Shown here: positions 1 through 13,760 of the stretch, piece by piece
Position numbering within the stretch: the first letter of the stretch is position 1
Layout: each line of letters starts with the position of its first letter
Origin: the human T2T-CHM13v2.0 reference genome, Homo sapiens
Assembly (NCBI RefSeq): GCF_009914755.1
Contig: NC_060928.1
Reading direction: 5' to 3' (one strand)
Length of the DNA stretch: 64,000 bases
The notes under the pieces: model-generated
Databases searched by the model: none
Seen by the model: the letters and a program-made list of their open reading frames with translations, nothing else
Told to the model about the DNA's origin: nothing
Made by a program: the position numbers and the translations under genes

Positions 1-1669
1 GCAAATGGGATGATGGAACAGCCCTGAGATTAGCAGCAGCCAGGTCCCTGCAGTGGAAACTAGACCTTCAGAAGACCTGCTTGGTGAAAGCCTGACAGCC
101 ACCACGGAGGCAGGGGCTGTTTGATAAAAGCTGGAAAAACAGCAATGGAAGAGATGCATTTCTTCCAGAGGCATACCCAAAGAAGGCTGGGGTGAATACC
201 CTGAATCCTCCCCAATTTCCACTCTCTAGTCTTCCATCTGTGCCTTCCCTGAGGCAAAGGCACCTGGACACTGGAGATCTGATCACTACCAGGCACATGA
301 CTAGTATAACCTTGTCTCTATGGTTATACTTAGTGCTTTCATCAATTCAACCTCCATACTGCCTGGGTGATTTCCCAAAAACTTTGTTGTGTTGTCACTC
401 CAAACTCAGGCATTATGCCCTGCATGACAGCTACCATGACTTCACAGGAAACACATTGGAGATCTCAGTGCTTTGCCCTCTCTGCTGCCAAAGCATCTCA
501 CATACAACCACATTCCTGCCATCTTCACTTAACACATTTCTTCCACTAGGTTTCTGTCCCATGTTCTCATCATCAATATATCCCCAAAGCCTAACACGGT
601 GCCTATCAGGAATGTTTAAAGGGTGAGCATAGAATGCAGTCATGAAAGTATACAAATTTTATAAATACATCTTTTATATAGATGTTTCAACAGTTTGAAT
701 TTTAACTTTAAAGGGTCTTGCATCATTTAATTTAATTTATGCACCTATTATTTCGCTTTGGCTATATTTTATGATTCCACTTTTTTTAGAGGTGTAGAAA
801 ATAAAGATTCAGAAGCTATGACTTGCCAAGGCCACAGGGTGATCCAGGGTTGGCACCAGATCCTGCCACTGATGTGTGACTGAGAGTCCAAAGCCTTGAT
901 GAGCTGTGTCCTGTGGGTTCTGGGCAGATTTTAACCATTAAAGGCAGACTCCAGACTTGGTGCCAGGTTCATGTCTTAGCTCAGTTACTAAGCCTGACAT
1001 TGCTTTTTTTTAGAAATTACAGGGCTTGTCAAAGGCTGAGGCTTTTAGGCCACAATAGAATGACTTTTAGATCAAGACTATGAAGATCAGCTGGAGCAAA
1101 CATGCTCTAATCAGCCAAAGAATTATGGGTGGAGAAAAGCATTTTTGAGCCTTTGTATTGTGACTATTTTTTGTTTTCTTTATTAATAGACGTGCTTGCT
1201 AATTGTGACACATGTCCTCTTACCTATGGGGGTTCTGCTGTGTGAGAGATTTTCCTTTGAAGTGTTTACCCATTATTTGCCATAGAAGAATCCAATTTTC
1301 ATTGCTAATTAAATAATCTTAGTTACCGAGAAGGAAAACTCCCTCCTGGCATATTCAGATGAAATCAGCAGTTTCAAAATATGTATTCTCTCTCTATCCC
1401 TACTAAGTAGGTTAAGGTTCTGTCAATATTTACATAAACTAATGAATTATGAGAGATATATTGATCCATCCCCCTGCTGGAGGCATCCTTTTGAAAAAAA
1501 AATCAAACCATATCACTTTGCTTCTTAAAAACATTCACTGACCCCCCCCACTGTCCACAGGACAAAGTCTTAATGCCTTAGCACTGTCATTCAAATCCTT
1601 CAAGATTTGACCCCCTTAATTCTCACTTTTCCCACTGGTGCTTTAAGCTGCCAGGGTACAGCATCTTGT

Positions 1670-2200
1670 CATAATTGTTTGCACAAAAATTCAGAATGAT
1701 AGAAACCCAAATCAAGCCAGTTTAAGAAAAAATAATTTTATTTTAGAAATAAAGTTCAGCATATCTGTTATTATTATTATTGGGCCTCAGTGAAAGAGAG
1801 AGAGAGAAGGGGAAAGAGACAGATCCTGCTTTGCAGGTCCCTGCTAGCTTCATTTGTCAAACATGCACTCTTCAGTGGGCTGGCAACATGCCTGCCAGCA
1901 AACCCCCACTGCCTGTGTCCAGCTGGGCCATTACAGTGGAAGGGGGTTTCTCTTTCACCAAATTCATATACCAACCCAAGAGAAGACTCTGATTGGTTAT
2001 TTTTGAGTCGCACAACTAGCCAAGAGAAAATTCTGATTGGTTCTGCCTGAGTCACGTGACTATCCCTGAATGAGTTGAACCACGTACCACCTGTCTGGTG
2101 GGCTGTGCCCCAGGGACAGCCCCTCTAGAATCATATTCAGTAGGGAGAGGGATCCCCAAAGGAGCTAGAAGAAGAGAGCAGGAAATCATGCTAAGCAGAA
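1670..2200 (-). mobile_element. Old MaLR LTR fragment (MLT1K/L-like)
   Basis: Resembles the antisense MLT1K/L pattern (agaaacccaaatcaagccagtttaag ... tctgattgg ... gagtcacgtg). Heavily diverged. Confidence 0.45.
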
Positions 2201-2321
2201 GAAAAATGCTACTCCAGTCCCAACCCACACATATACCTTCAGGCCTCCATGTGTTCACAATGGTCTTTCAGCCTGAATGTCTCACTTCTAGCATTCTAGC
2301 AACCCTGCCTGGAAAAAAATG

Positions 2322-2723
<402 letters not shown>

Positions 2724-5681
2724 TAATAGAAAAGATTTATTTACGTATCTGCCTCCTCCACCAGACCAAGGGTTTACTCATTTGAACTGTTTGGTGCATT
2801 TTGCACTCTTCACTGTGTCACACAGTGCCTGGCACACAGTAGGTTCTTGGTGTGTCCAGAGGAAGTGAGGGAATTGAGCAATTAGAACCTCTAACATTTC
2901 TCTAAAGGAAACTAAATATAACCTCTTTTTATTCTTATTGTAGAAGTCTGTCAATGTTCTCACCATTCATTCTGTTCACCTGCATTCTTAAAAAGCTGCA
3001 TATCAAATAACACTCTGTTTTACAGCAGTGAAATTAGAGTCTGGGCTGGAGAGGAAACTTTCATGTTTGCAAACCTTCAACCCCACCAGTTGCATGAAAG
3101 TACAAAGAGTTTCTATTGAAAGTGGAAGCAGGTGGCATTCTCAACATTTTAACACCCATTTTCCCGTGGAGCATTGAAAAGTTAACTTGGGAGCTTGTCT
3201 TTGCTGTTGATGTTACTCATTTTTCAAAAGGGACTGATGAGTGAGTCACTGGGGAGAGGAAGTTACAAACGCGAGCGTGCATGTGTTTGCATGTCACAAA
3301 GGTATGCTGTTAACAATCAGGCCGAGGGCGTGGGATTTTAAAGGGCAGCGTGAGAAAGGACTTGATTTAGAGATTGTGACTCAGCACTCCACACTCCTCA
3401 GTGTTTACAGATGTGCCTGAAGAGTTGATGGGCAACTCACAGTTGCGCAGACTCTGGATACTTCCTCCTGCCGTGTATTTATTTCTGTAGGATGCATGCC
3501 TACCTGGAACCTACTTACAAAAGAAACTAGGCCAACCTGTCAATGGAAAGAGAGCAGGAGAGGTGGTGAGCCAAGGGCCCTTGATCCCCCACCTATTGGC
3601 TGTGCTCCGAGCAGAAAGTGGCCTCAATCCCCTGGGCCTTGATAGAGTTGGCATCCCTAAAAATGGGGATGGGGATGACAGCCTCAGAATTGCTGTGAGG
3701 GTTGAAGCAATAAAGGGAAAGAGTGCTGAGACTTGGGTGTGTTCCTTCACAGTTCATTCTGTTTGCTCGCACCTTCTTCCTCTTACCTTCCCAAAGGGTT
3801 TGACAAGGAGGAAAAATTAAAACAGAGTGGAATATTTATGAAGTAAAGCTTGAGCTTGGAGCTTGGCTCTGCCACTTGATCTCTGAGTCACAGGAACAAG
3901 CTTATTAATCTCCTGGATACTCATTTTTTTCCGTTGCTGACAGTGGAGATGAGACAAGATAACACAGAAGATTCTGGATGCTTTGGAGGTGCCAAGGCAA
4001 CACCCATGAGGGAAAAATGTGCACAGCAACCCTACCGAGGAGGGCAAGAGGCACGGGTGGCCCAGTCACCCGGCCCAGGCGATGACTCAAATGGCTTATT
4101 AATGGGCTCTTTGCAAACATCACATTGAGTGAAAGCCCTGGGCATTTCACAAAAGCAGACATGGGTCAAAATCCTGACCTTGTCTTTGTTGAGCTTGATG
4201 CCAGATTCCTTGACTACTGAGTTTGGAAAGCAAATCTGAGTAAACGATATCAGTAGTGGCCCTGATGGTAGCTGCCATCCGTTGCGTACCCAGTGTGTTA
4301 CAGGGTTCTACTGGGTGCATCCTGTGTACCTTCTCATATAGTCCCCACCACTACCTGGTTTGTTGCATTCTTAGCCACACCCCTCCCATTTAGCAGCTAT
4401 GAGCATTAAGGCCCAGAAAAGTTAAGTAGGTTGTAGAAGATTAAAATGATAGTAAGTAGTGAAGGGAGTTTAAACTCACATCTGCCAACTCCAGTGTCCT
4501 CCACCTCCCCTTCTCTCCATGTTTAGATTTTAATTGCAGAAGAAAAAAAAGAAAAACTTCTTTTTCTCCTGGAAAGAATTCACATTTCCCCCTAGAACTA
4601 AGCTAAAATAGAAATGTAACACACGGGCCTTTCGTAAGACATTGAAGTTGCTCTTGTCACCGTCCAGTGAAAGGTCGGTTAGCCTCATGGTTTGGAAATA
4701 CCACAGGGCAGCTCCAGGATAGTTCTTTATGCCTTTTGATTTGTCAAACAGAAGAGGAAAGATGCTTAAATGTGTGGTTGCACAGACAGAACTGGAGCAA
4801 AAGGGTGAACGTGACGGGGATGGTGGGTGGACTCTGCATCAGGTAGAGAAGGGTTTTGAGCTATCCATTCCTGTAGCCAACACTCTTTCGAGACTGCAGC
4901 TTGCTCCTTATTGACCACATGTTAGTGGAGGCTGGGGGGTCGCTGAGTAGGATGCTGTAGAAAGGACGGGTATGTGAATGGAGCATAGGGCTGGAAGGCC
5001 AGCAGACTCAACTGCCTCAATGCTAAAGCTCCCTCTGGCTTGTTGATATCAACCCAGTCAAGCCACCCATAGGGCTGCTAAACCCTGCTGAGTACAGGTC
5101 AACTTTTAAAAGAAGAATGTGCGCATGGCCAGTTTATTATGTGATCTCTGCCACTGGTCTATTTAAATAAAATAGTCTTTATTTTTATTGTATCCTTTCC
5201 CGTTTGTGCCATGGCAAATGTCTTTTCTCTGCTGGACAGCAGAGCCCATCTTGGGTGGATTCCATTATATTCCAGAAAACTTTAATAATTACAAGTCCAA
5301 TCTAGTCCAGTTTAAAACTCCAATCTCATATAAGATTCAGACCTCTCCCTGTCCACATCGCCGCCCAGGGGTGGCTTAAGGAACCTGAGGTGGGGAGGGG
5401 GCTTCACTGCTCCGTCGTTTCTTTTCCCTCTGTCTCTTACCTTGAAATGTGAGTGTGGAGGTCAGGGTCTGCCTCTGAGATACCCACCCCCGATTTCTAC
5501 CTCTTCTGGGTTTCTTGCATCTCTAATGTGTAAGTCAAAGAGGGGAGAGATGGAAAGGAAATGGAAAGCAAAACCCATGTTCGTCCTTTTGCTGTTGGGT
5601 GACTGGATTTTGACATCCTCTACCCGGAGGTGTCCCAATAGTAATCACAATGGCAAACTCACCACTTGTTAGGTCTGCCTC

Positions 5682-6006
5682 TAAGGGCTTTGCTTTCAGT
5701 AACTCACTAATCCTCACACAACGTCATGAGTTAGGTCTACTATTATTCCTAATTATAAATAATAAGGGCTTTGCTTTCAGTAACTCACTAATCCTCACAC
5801 AACGTCATGAGTTAGGTCTACTATTATTCCTAATTATAAATGATAAGGGCTTTGCTTTCAGTAACTCACTAATCCTCACACAACGTCATGAGTTAGGTCT
5901 ACTATTATTCCTAATTATAAATGATAAGGGCTTTGCTTTCAGTAACTCACTAATCCTCACAACAACGTCATGAGTTAGGTCTACTATTATTCCTAATTAT
6001 AAATGA
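5682..6006. repeat. Minisatellite of 4 near-identical 81-bp units, MIR-derived
   Basis: Unit taagggctttgctttcagtaactcactaatcctcacacaacgtcatgagttaggtctactattattcctaattataaat(aa/ga) starts at 5682, 5763, 5844 and 5925. The MIR continues to about 6075. Confidence 0.97.
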
Positions 6007-6389
6007 GAGCACTCAGGTACAGAGAGGCACTGCAATGTGCCCAAGGTCATAGGGGATGTAAACCCAGGTAGCCTTGGTGGTCGATGGCCTCATCTCTCAT
6101 GAGTCATGAGTGAGTTCTTAAGAGGGCTGGCAGGGACTGCTTGGCATGAGTATTCCAGGGTGAACCCTCCATCTTCCACCTTCCTGCAGTTCCTGTCCTC
6201 TGAAAAACACCCCAGAAATCCACTGCTGGTGTCCTCTTGCCTGGGGACACTGTGCAAGCCCAGCTAAATGCTTTCATATGCTCCGCAGGAAGCTCATTCA
6301 TCCTTGCCATGCCAGATGCTGGGGCAGAGGAGGGGTTGCTTTCCCACTCTCCTCTTCTCTTCCTTGCTGTGGCAAAGATGGCTACTGTC

Positions 6390-6845
6390 CTCCAGCAGCT
6401 GTCCTTCCCATGGTCTGTAGTATTAGAATTGTAGCTGGGCATGTGGACACAGAGCTGTCCACATCGCACCCCACAATCCCTGCCTCCCTTGCATTAGCTG
6501 TGATTGTGTGACTGGGTCCTAGCCAATGAGGTGTGAGCGGAAACATGGCAAGGCAGCTTCTAAGAACTCCTTGAAGATCTGGCTGACACTTACTCTTCGC
6601 CTCTCCTCCCACTCTTCTTCCATCTCGCTGCTTGGATTGGAGATATGAGGCCCAGAGCTTCATCCTAGTGGGTAGAGAACCACACCCTAAGCATGGCAGA
6701 GTGAGCCTGGTTCCCCCAAAGATTTCACAGTGCCCAGCTGAGGGACCAGCTCCAAATCATTTACCTCTAGATTTCTACATGAGAGAGACATAAATTTCTT
6801 CCTTTAGTTAAGCCACAGTCATCTAGGAGCCAAAACTAATTCTTG
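6390..6845 (+). mobile_element. Old MaLR LTR (MLT1I/J/K-like)
   Basis: gtgtgactgggtcctagccaatgaggtgtgagcggaa ... gagagagacataaatttc ... ttaagccac pattern. Confidence 0.55.
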
Positions 6846-7195
6846 CTCATCTGTCTACATCTCATTTTCATTCTTTCTTCTGCTGCTTAGATCAGCAGAG
6901 GGCAGGCAGCAGGCTCACTGCCCAAGAAACCATGCAGCCAGGGGACAGAATGCAAATCATCAGTTCTTGCAGGCAGCTCTGATGTCTACCTGTGGGACTC
7001 TTTAGCCCCTCTCTTGGCTTCAGAAGGTGGGCGTCCTCATGGGCAGGGGAAGAAAAGGTATAGCTCCTTCTTCATGCTGACACATCATGCCTGCTTGTTT
7101 CTGCTCTACCCTCATGGTCTTTGTATTAATACATGAGAGTTTGGGGTGAGGGGTGAATGGTTGCCAGGCATCAGACCAATTGTGCCAAGATTTGA

Positions 7196-7743
<548 letters not shown>

Positions 7744-8139
7744 TGACTTGGTACCTGCCACATTGGAGCTGCACCATATTTGTGAATGAATAAACACATC
7801 AATGAATATATTCTTTAGAAACTCTTTGGAGAGAGGTAAATCCTAAAGAGTGACTAATGACATCAATGGGTAAAGATGGTTGTGAAGAGAGTGAGTCAGA
7901 GGTTTGTTTACACTTCTGTAATGATGAACAATCTTATTCAAGCAAATGGGAGCCCCACGTCAAGCCCAGTGTTCAGTGTGTAAAAGAAGCTTCTGGGCTT
8001 GGATGCTTCCAAGAAGCAGGTGACACAGAGCAAAGTCACTGGACTTCACTGCCACAGAACGTGGGTTGGAGCCCTAGTGTTGCTATGTACTGGCCATGGG
8101 ACCTCAAATGAGGTTTTCACCTCATCTGTTAAAAAAAAT

Positions 8140-8968
8140 TGTTTAAAAAAATTATTCTGACAGCCGGGCATAGTGGCTCATGCCTGTAATCCCAGCACTT
8201 TGGGAGGCTGAGGTGGATGGATTGCTTGAGCCCAGGAGTAATCCCATCTCTACAAAAAATAAAAATAAAAAAAATTAGCCAGATGTGGTGGTGCATGCCT
8301 GTAGTCCCAGCTACTCAGGAGGCTGAGATGGATGGATCACTTGAGCCTAGGAGGTCGAGGCTACAGTAAGCCATGATCATGCCACTGCACTCCAGCCTAG
8401 GTGACGAAGCAAGACACTATCTAAATATATATATATGTGTGTGTGTGTATATATATATATATGTATATATATGTGTATATATATGTATATATATGTGTGT
8501 GTGTGTGTATATATTCTAACACTTGTTAAAATGGTAGGGAAGACTTTATTCAGGACTATTGCAGTGAGTGTAAAGTTTATCACAATGTTGCAGAGAAATG
8601 GAATTTAGCTCAGAATCACAGCAAAGACAGCTGGGATTACAGCCAATGAGCAGAAGGAGGGATCAGTAGATGGAAAATGACTAAGAGGAGACATCAAGGT
8701 AGGGAGCTTCTTGATAAACTGACTTAACAGGATTCCTGCTAAAGACAGGCCAAGGGCTTATACATCAAAGGTAGGGGAGGAGGAATTGGATCAGATATGG
8801 AGGGTGATCCAATATCAAAGGTGAGGGTTTCTTGCTAAAGTGACTTAGCAGGAATCTTGCTAAAACTGGATTTAGCAAACCAAAGATGGGTCTCGAGGAT
8901 GAGGCCTAGGAGAAAAGCAGGTTCAGGGGAGCCTGTCTAAAGTTTGGTTAAGGAGAGAGTCTTTGTCA
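8140..8968 (-). mobile_element. MER31 solo LTR (ERV1), interrupted by the AluJ
   Basis: The minus strand begins TGACAAAGACTCTCTCCTTAACCAAACTTTAG, the MER31 5' end. The 3' end (aaaaaattattctgaca|cttgttaaaatgg) is split by the Alu with an attct[g/a]aca duplication. Confidence 0.75.
8163..8514 (+). mobile_element. AluJ with internal deletion; tail expanded into a (TA)/(TG) microsatellite
   Basis: gccgggcatagtggctcatgcc ... attgcttgagcccaggag ... gaggtcgaggctacagt (J-type). The microsatellite spans about 8425-8514. Confidence 0.9.
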
Positions 8969-9084
8969 TTCCTGAGCCTGATTCTTGTCTTATTTCCCTC
9001 GCGCGGTTGTTGTAAAGACAACACCAGGCCCAGCCGGCTGAAGGGGAGGTGGGAGGCTGGAATCCAGCCCTGGCTGTGCTCTGC

Positions 9085-9295
9085 GTGCCAAGCAAACATT
9101 TGCCAAAGGGGCCAGATCATAAATATTTCAGGCTTGCATACCACAGGGTCTTTGTCAAAATTACTCAACCCTGCCACTGCAACAAGAAAGCAGCCGTAAT
9201 AAACAGTGCATCTGTGAACAGCATTGACTGAGTTCCAATGAAACTGTATTTCCAAAATCAAGACTTGAGCCCCAGGACAGAGTTTGCTGACCTCT
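9085..9295. mobile_element. MER58A (hAT-Charlie MITE)
   Basis: gcaaacatt...aaaggggccagatcataaatatttcaggctt ... gttccaatgaaactgtattt ... agtttgctgacc. Confidence 0.75.
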
Positions 9296-10641
9296 CTCTC
9301 TGGAGGGAGTCTTTTCCCAATTCAGACAAAAGTACTGTGTAAGCTCATTTCCCAGGTGGTGGCAATACCCCATGGGGCTGAAAGCACCTCCATGCAGAAC
9401 ACACACAGGTGACTGCAGAGATGTCCTTCTGGGCACAAGCCACTTCTCTCCAGCCCTGGAAACAGGCCAGGATGTGGGCTGCATTGGTCACACTCATGCC
9501 TGCAGGCAGGCGAGCAGATACAGCAGATGGCACAGAAGGGACAAACACTATAACCTTAGCCAACAGCTGAGCAACCCCTTGGAGGAGAATGCATACCTGC
9601 AGTCAGAAGGGCTTACATGTGAGAAAGTAAAGTCAAAGGATTGGGGACCGTGGCAAGCAGCAACAGAACAGTAAATGTGGAAACAGAGAGTCAGGTGCAG
9701 ATTCTGATGAATGTCTGACCCATGAGTGAAGGAGGAGCAGCACCTTTTGAATCATGCTGTAGCTCTGGGTACTTCCCTGGGTCCTGCCATCTCTGTCCAG
9801 CCGGGCTGTAGGTGGACTTGGTTAATTTACCGAAAATGCCATGATGGTGCTGTCATTCTTTTTGCAGGAGCCCTGAAGCTTCAGGTAGCCCAGGACTCCC
9901 GACCTCTCACTCCCTTAGCACACATTCACATTCGAGACACGGCCATTACTATTCAATATTACCATCCTATTAAGGAAAGTGTCAGTAATCTAATATTTCA
10001 TCATACACTAGACCAAAAATTTCAGAATGTTTAAAAAGGAGAAGATGACAACTCTGTTCCCATCTTTTCTGGGTCAGTGGACTATTTAATAAAATTTCAG
10101 CTCTACCTGTATCATTACAGTAATAACTGCATCTACACACTTCGAGCTCGTGGCCTCAGCAGGAGAAAGTTGGGGGGGGGGGCGGTTATTTCAGACTAAT
10201 AGGTCCAGCTCTTCCTTTCTGCCACGCATCAGTATTTCTTTCTTGAATTCAGATTGATTTTTGCAAGGGATTTTATGCTATGGAGCATGAAAGCCTAGTT
10301 TTCTGCCATGAGCCCAATAAAGTTTATGATTGGGTTCAGCATGGTTGAGCCTCTTCAGGACATAAGACCCATGACCCAAATGAGGAATCCTCATTTCATT
10401 CATTTGAAGTCAATAAAGATTGAATATTGAATATATGTCAAGTATTTCATTCACAGCAGTTGGGAGTCGTGATTGGAATTGCTGTGGGGTCAGCCTATAA
10501 AGCCAGAAAAAGCTTTGTGGAGGGTGGGGAGGGGAGAAAGCTTTGAAACTGTGATTTGGCCTCAAGTGGGACTCAAACAGAAAACAGAGTAAGGAAAGGA
10601 TGCTCTGGTTTCTAGGCACTCATGCATATAGCTCGCCCAGC

Positions 10642-11060
10642 TATATTAGGATTCTCCAGAGAAACAGAACCAATAGGATATGTGTGTAGGAAGGAAGGTT
10701 TACCATGAGGAATTGGCTCAGATGACTGTGGAGACTGGCAAGTCCCAAGATCTGCAGTGGGAGCCAGCAGGTTCAACACCCATGTGATCCAATGGTGTAG
10801 TTTCTGCCTGAAAGCTGGCAGATTCAAGACCCAAGAGAAACCCCCATGTTTCAGTTTGAGTCCGAAGGTAGTAAAAAGCCAATATCTCAGTTTTAAGGTA
10901 GTCAGGCAGAAAAAACTCCCTTTTTCTCAGGGGAAGATCAGACCTTTTGTTCTAGCCAGGCCTTCAACTGATCGGACAAGGCCCACCCCCTCTTAAGGGA
11001 GGCAACCTGCTTTACCCAGTCCACCAATTTAATTATGAATCTCATCCAAACACCTGGGAA
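10642..11060 (-). mobile_element. MLT2 LTR (ERVL)
   Basis: tattaggattctccagagaaacagaaccaatagga ... gaggaattggctca ... agtcccaagatctgcag. Confidence 0.8.
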
Positions 11061-11340
11061 TCACTGGGAGCAGACACCTGCATAGCAGCCCACACACCTT
11101 TGTGTCCCCCTTATCTCCCATCTGCAGGGCCCCTAGGAAATATCTCAGGAATCCGCCTCTCTCCCCATCCCACCGATTTTGTCCCAGATCTTGACTGATG
11201 CAGTCTTCTCTGCCATTCTCACTCCACACAGCAAAGTGCTGTCTCTGCAATCTGAGTATGTGGGTCCCCCATGATCATGCTTCCAAGATGGTTTCAACCT
11301 TTGTGATTTCTGCTCTATCTACACACCAACAAATACTACC

Positions 11341-11724
11341 TACTGTAATTGAATTGTGTTCCCCCAAAAGTAATGTCCACCTGAGACCTCAAAAATGCAA
11401 CCTTAATTGAAAATAGGATCTTTGCCGGTAAGAATAAGGATGAGGTCATACTGGATTACAGTGAGCCCTAAATCCAATGACTGATGTCTTTATAAGAGAC
11501 AGAAGAGGAAATGCAGAGGGGAGAAGGCCATGTGAAATGGAAGCAGGGAAGTGAGTGATGCAGCCACAAGCCAAGGAATGCCAGGAACCACCAGAAACTG
11601 AAAGAGGCAAGAAGAGTTCTCCCTTAGAACTTCAGGGTAACACCTTGACTTTGAAATTCTGGCCTTTGTATTTTGAAGCCACTCAGTCATGGTCATTTGT
11701 TACAGAAGCCCTAGGAAACTAATT
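11341..11724 (+). mobile_element. MLT1B/C LTR
   Basis: ttgaattgtgttcccccaaaa ... gatgaggtcatactggatta ... acagaagccctaggaaactaat. Confidence 0.8.
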
Positions 11725-11905
11725 CTCTATCTTCATGATTTTTGCTTTATCTGGAAATCATCTGTACTACTATTTGAATAACATTCTATAATAGACAAAA
11801 TGCTTTTTGCTAAGATAAGTGTGTTTCAAAAAGACGCTTCACATCAGTCCCTTAAAGAGGAAAGAGTTTGTCATAAATATAAGGACTAATAATAGAATGG
11901 ATTGA

Positions 11906-12262
11906 TGTCTTAGCCCATTCAGGCTGCTGTGACACAATACCTTAGACTGGTTCATTGATAAACAACAGAAATCTATTTCTCACAACTCTGGAGGGAGGAA
12001 GTCCAAGACTGAAGAATCAGTGTCTGGCGAGGGCCTGCTCCCCATAGAAGATGCTTCTGTATGTCCTTAAGTGGTAGAAAGGGCAAGGCACCTCCCTTCA
12101 GCGTCTTTTATAAGGGTATTAATCCATTCACGAGGGTGGAGTCTTCACAGCTTAATCATCTCCTAAAGGTTCCACCTCTTATACTATTGCATTGAGGCTC
12201 ATGTTTCAACATATGAATATTGACGGGGGCGGGGGGGGAACACCAACGTTCAAACCACAGCA
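11906..12262 (-). mobile_element. MLT1A/MSTD-type LTR
   Basis: tgtcttagcccattcaggctgct...aataccttagactgg ... ttcaaaccacagca. Confidence 0.8.
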
Positions 12263-12829
12263 GTGAGCATAAAAATAAATACAGTGAGACCAGAAAAATG
12301 CTGTTAAGTGCCAGCTAACACCACTGCCTGCCAAGGGTGCCTGACAATGTCTGTTCTTTCTTCCCTAAAAGCGGAGATTAGCAAGCGTCCAAAGTTAAGG
12401 AGATACTAGAGTCCAATTGAGACTCCTCTTTGAGGTAATTAGAAGGATTGAGTAGGAATTTCTAGAGAAGAACCTTCTCCTCCCATGAGCCAAGGAACCA
12501 ATGAACCCGAGTGAGGTCAATGTGAGCGCCTGTAAGTCCCCTCCCACCCCTGGTGGTCTCACCATCTGGCTTCTGAAACTCCAGGCGCCCAGCCTGCCAT
12601 GCACACCCTTCCGTGATCTTGCCACCCCAACTGCTGTCCAGCCTCGTCCCCCACTCTGTCTGCTGCATCCACCCCCAGTCCTTCCAGCTCACTTGCAATT
12701 TCACAGCCATGCCCTTCTGCTATTCCCCACCATGCCTGTACACAGCCTGCTCCTAGAGCCCCCACACTGACCCAGGAACACACAGACCCCTCTGCTTCCA
12801 CGGTGCTCTCTGCCCCAAACTCCAATAAT

Positions 12830-13760
12830 TTGGATAGTAGACTTGTTGATAAATCTGCTATTTTTCTTTATCATTTTTCTCTTATTTTTCCATCTCTGGG
12901 ACTTTTTACCCTGCTTTCTGAGAAATTTTCTTGACTTCATCTTCCAAACATTTCTATGAATTTTTTTTCAGTTCACATATACTTGATTTCCAAGAGCTCT
13001 TTCTTGTCCTAAAATTACTTCTTTTTCATCACATCTTCTGTGTTTTAAGAACACAATATCTTCTCCTACCTCTCTGAGGATATTAATTCGAGTTATTGTG
13101 AAGTTTCCTCTTTGCTGCCTTTGTTTCTGTTTCCTCTGAGGTCCTTTTCTCCCTTTGTTTTGGCCTCTGTTTTTTGAAGGTTTTCCTCAAATGTCTACTG
13201 ATGACTGTTCCTCAGTATTAAGAATGAGACGGTAGAAAGTTGATGGGTCAGTCTGGGGCGGGGAGTGCTCCACAATGGAGAATCAAGCAGCAAGAGCCTG
13301 GAGGGCAGGTTCCTCTGTGGGATGATGAGGAGGGCAGGGAAGGAAGTAGGGGTTGGAGACACCACTCACAGTTCAGACCTTGGCTTACTCCCCTACCCAC
13401 TTACAGCCTATGCCCACCTCCACCCTCATCTCTGCATGTCCCAGCACCACAGGACTGCAGAGTAGATTTGTGAGTCCAACACTCTGGACGCAGAGTTCCC
13501 ACTATCCAGCCCCCAGCACACCCCATCTTCAGTGGTCCCCTCCCCTTCTAGGTCTGGAGATTTTCCAGGTCCTGTGGGGGTGCTCTGCTTTGCTGGCATC
13601 CCCTCTGAGAGCCCAAAAATCAGAGTTCCTCCACTCCGCCGGACCAGGTTCTCCATCTGCTTTTGCTTTTTAAACACGTGCTATAGGAGTTCCTCCTTTG
13701 TCCCTGTGGATTTATGCTTCCTTTATTCTTTTACAGTCTTGCTGGGGGACTCATTCATCG
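12830..13760 (-). mobile_element. Old L1 (L1M) fragments
   Basis: T-rich antisense L1-like blocks (atttccaagagctctttcttg, ctctctgaggatattaat, ttttcctcaaatgtct). Confidence 0.45.

Noticed and set aside
5682-6006. CRISPR-like array, and the 107-aa repetitive ORF at 5650-5973
   Set aside because: Units are head-to-tail with no unique spacers, there are no cas genes, and the context is eukaryotic. The ORF is open only because 81 is a multiple of 3.
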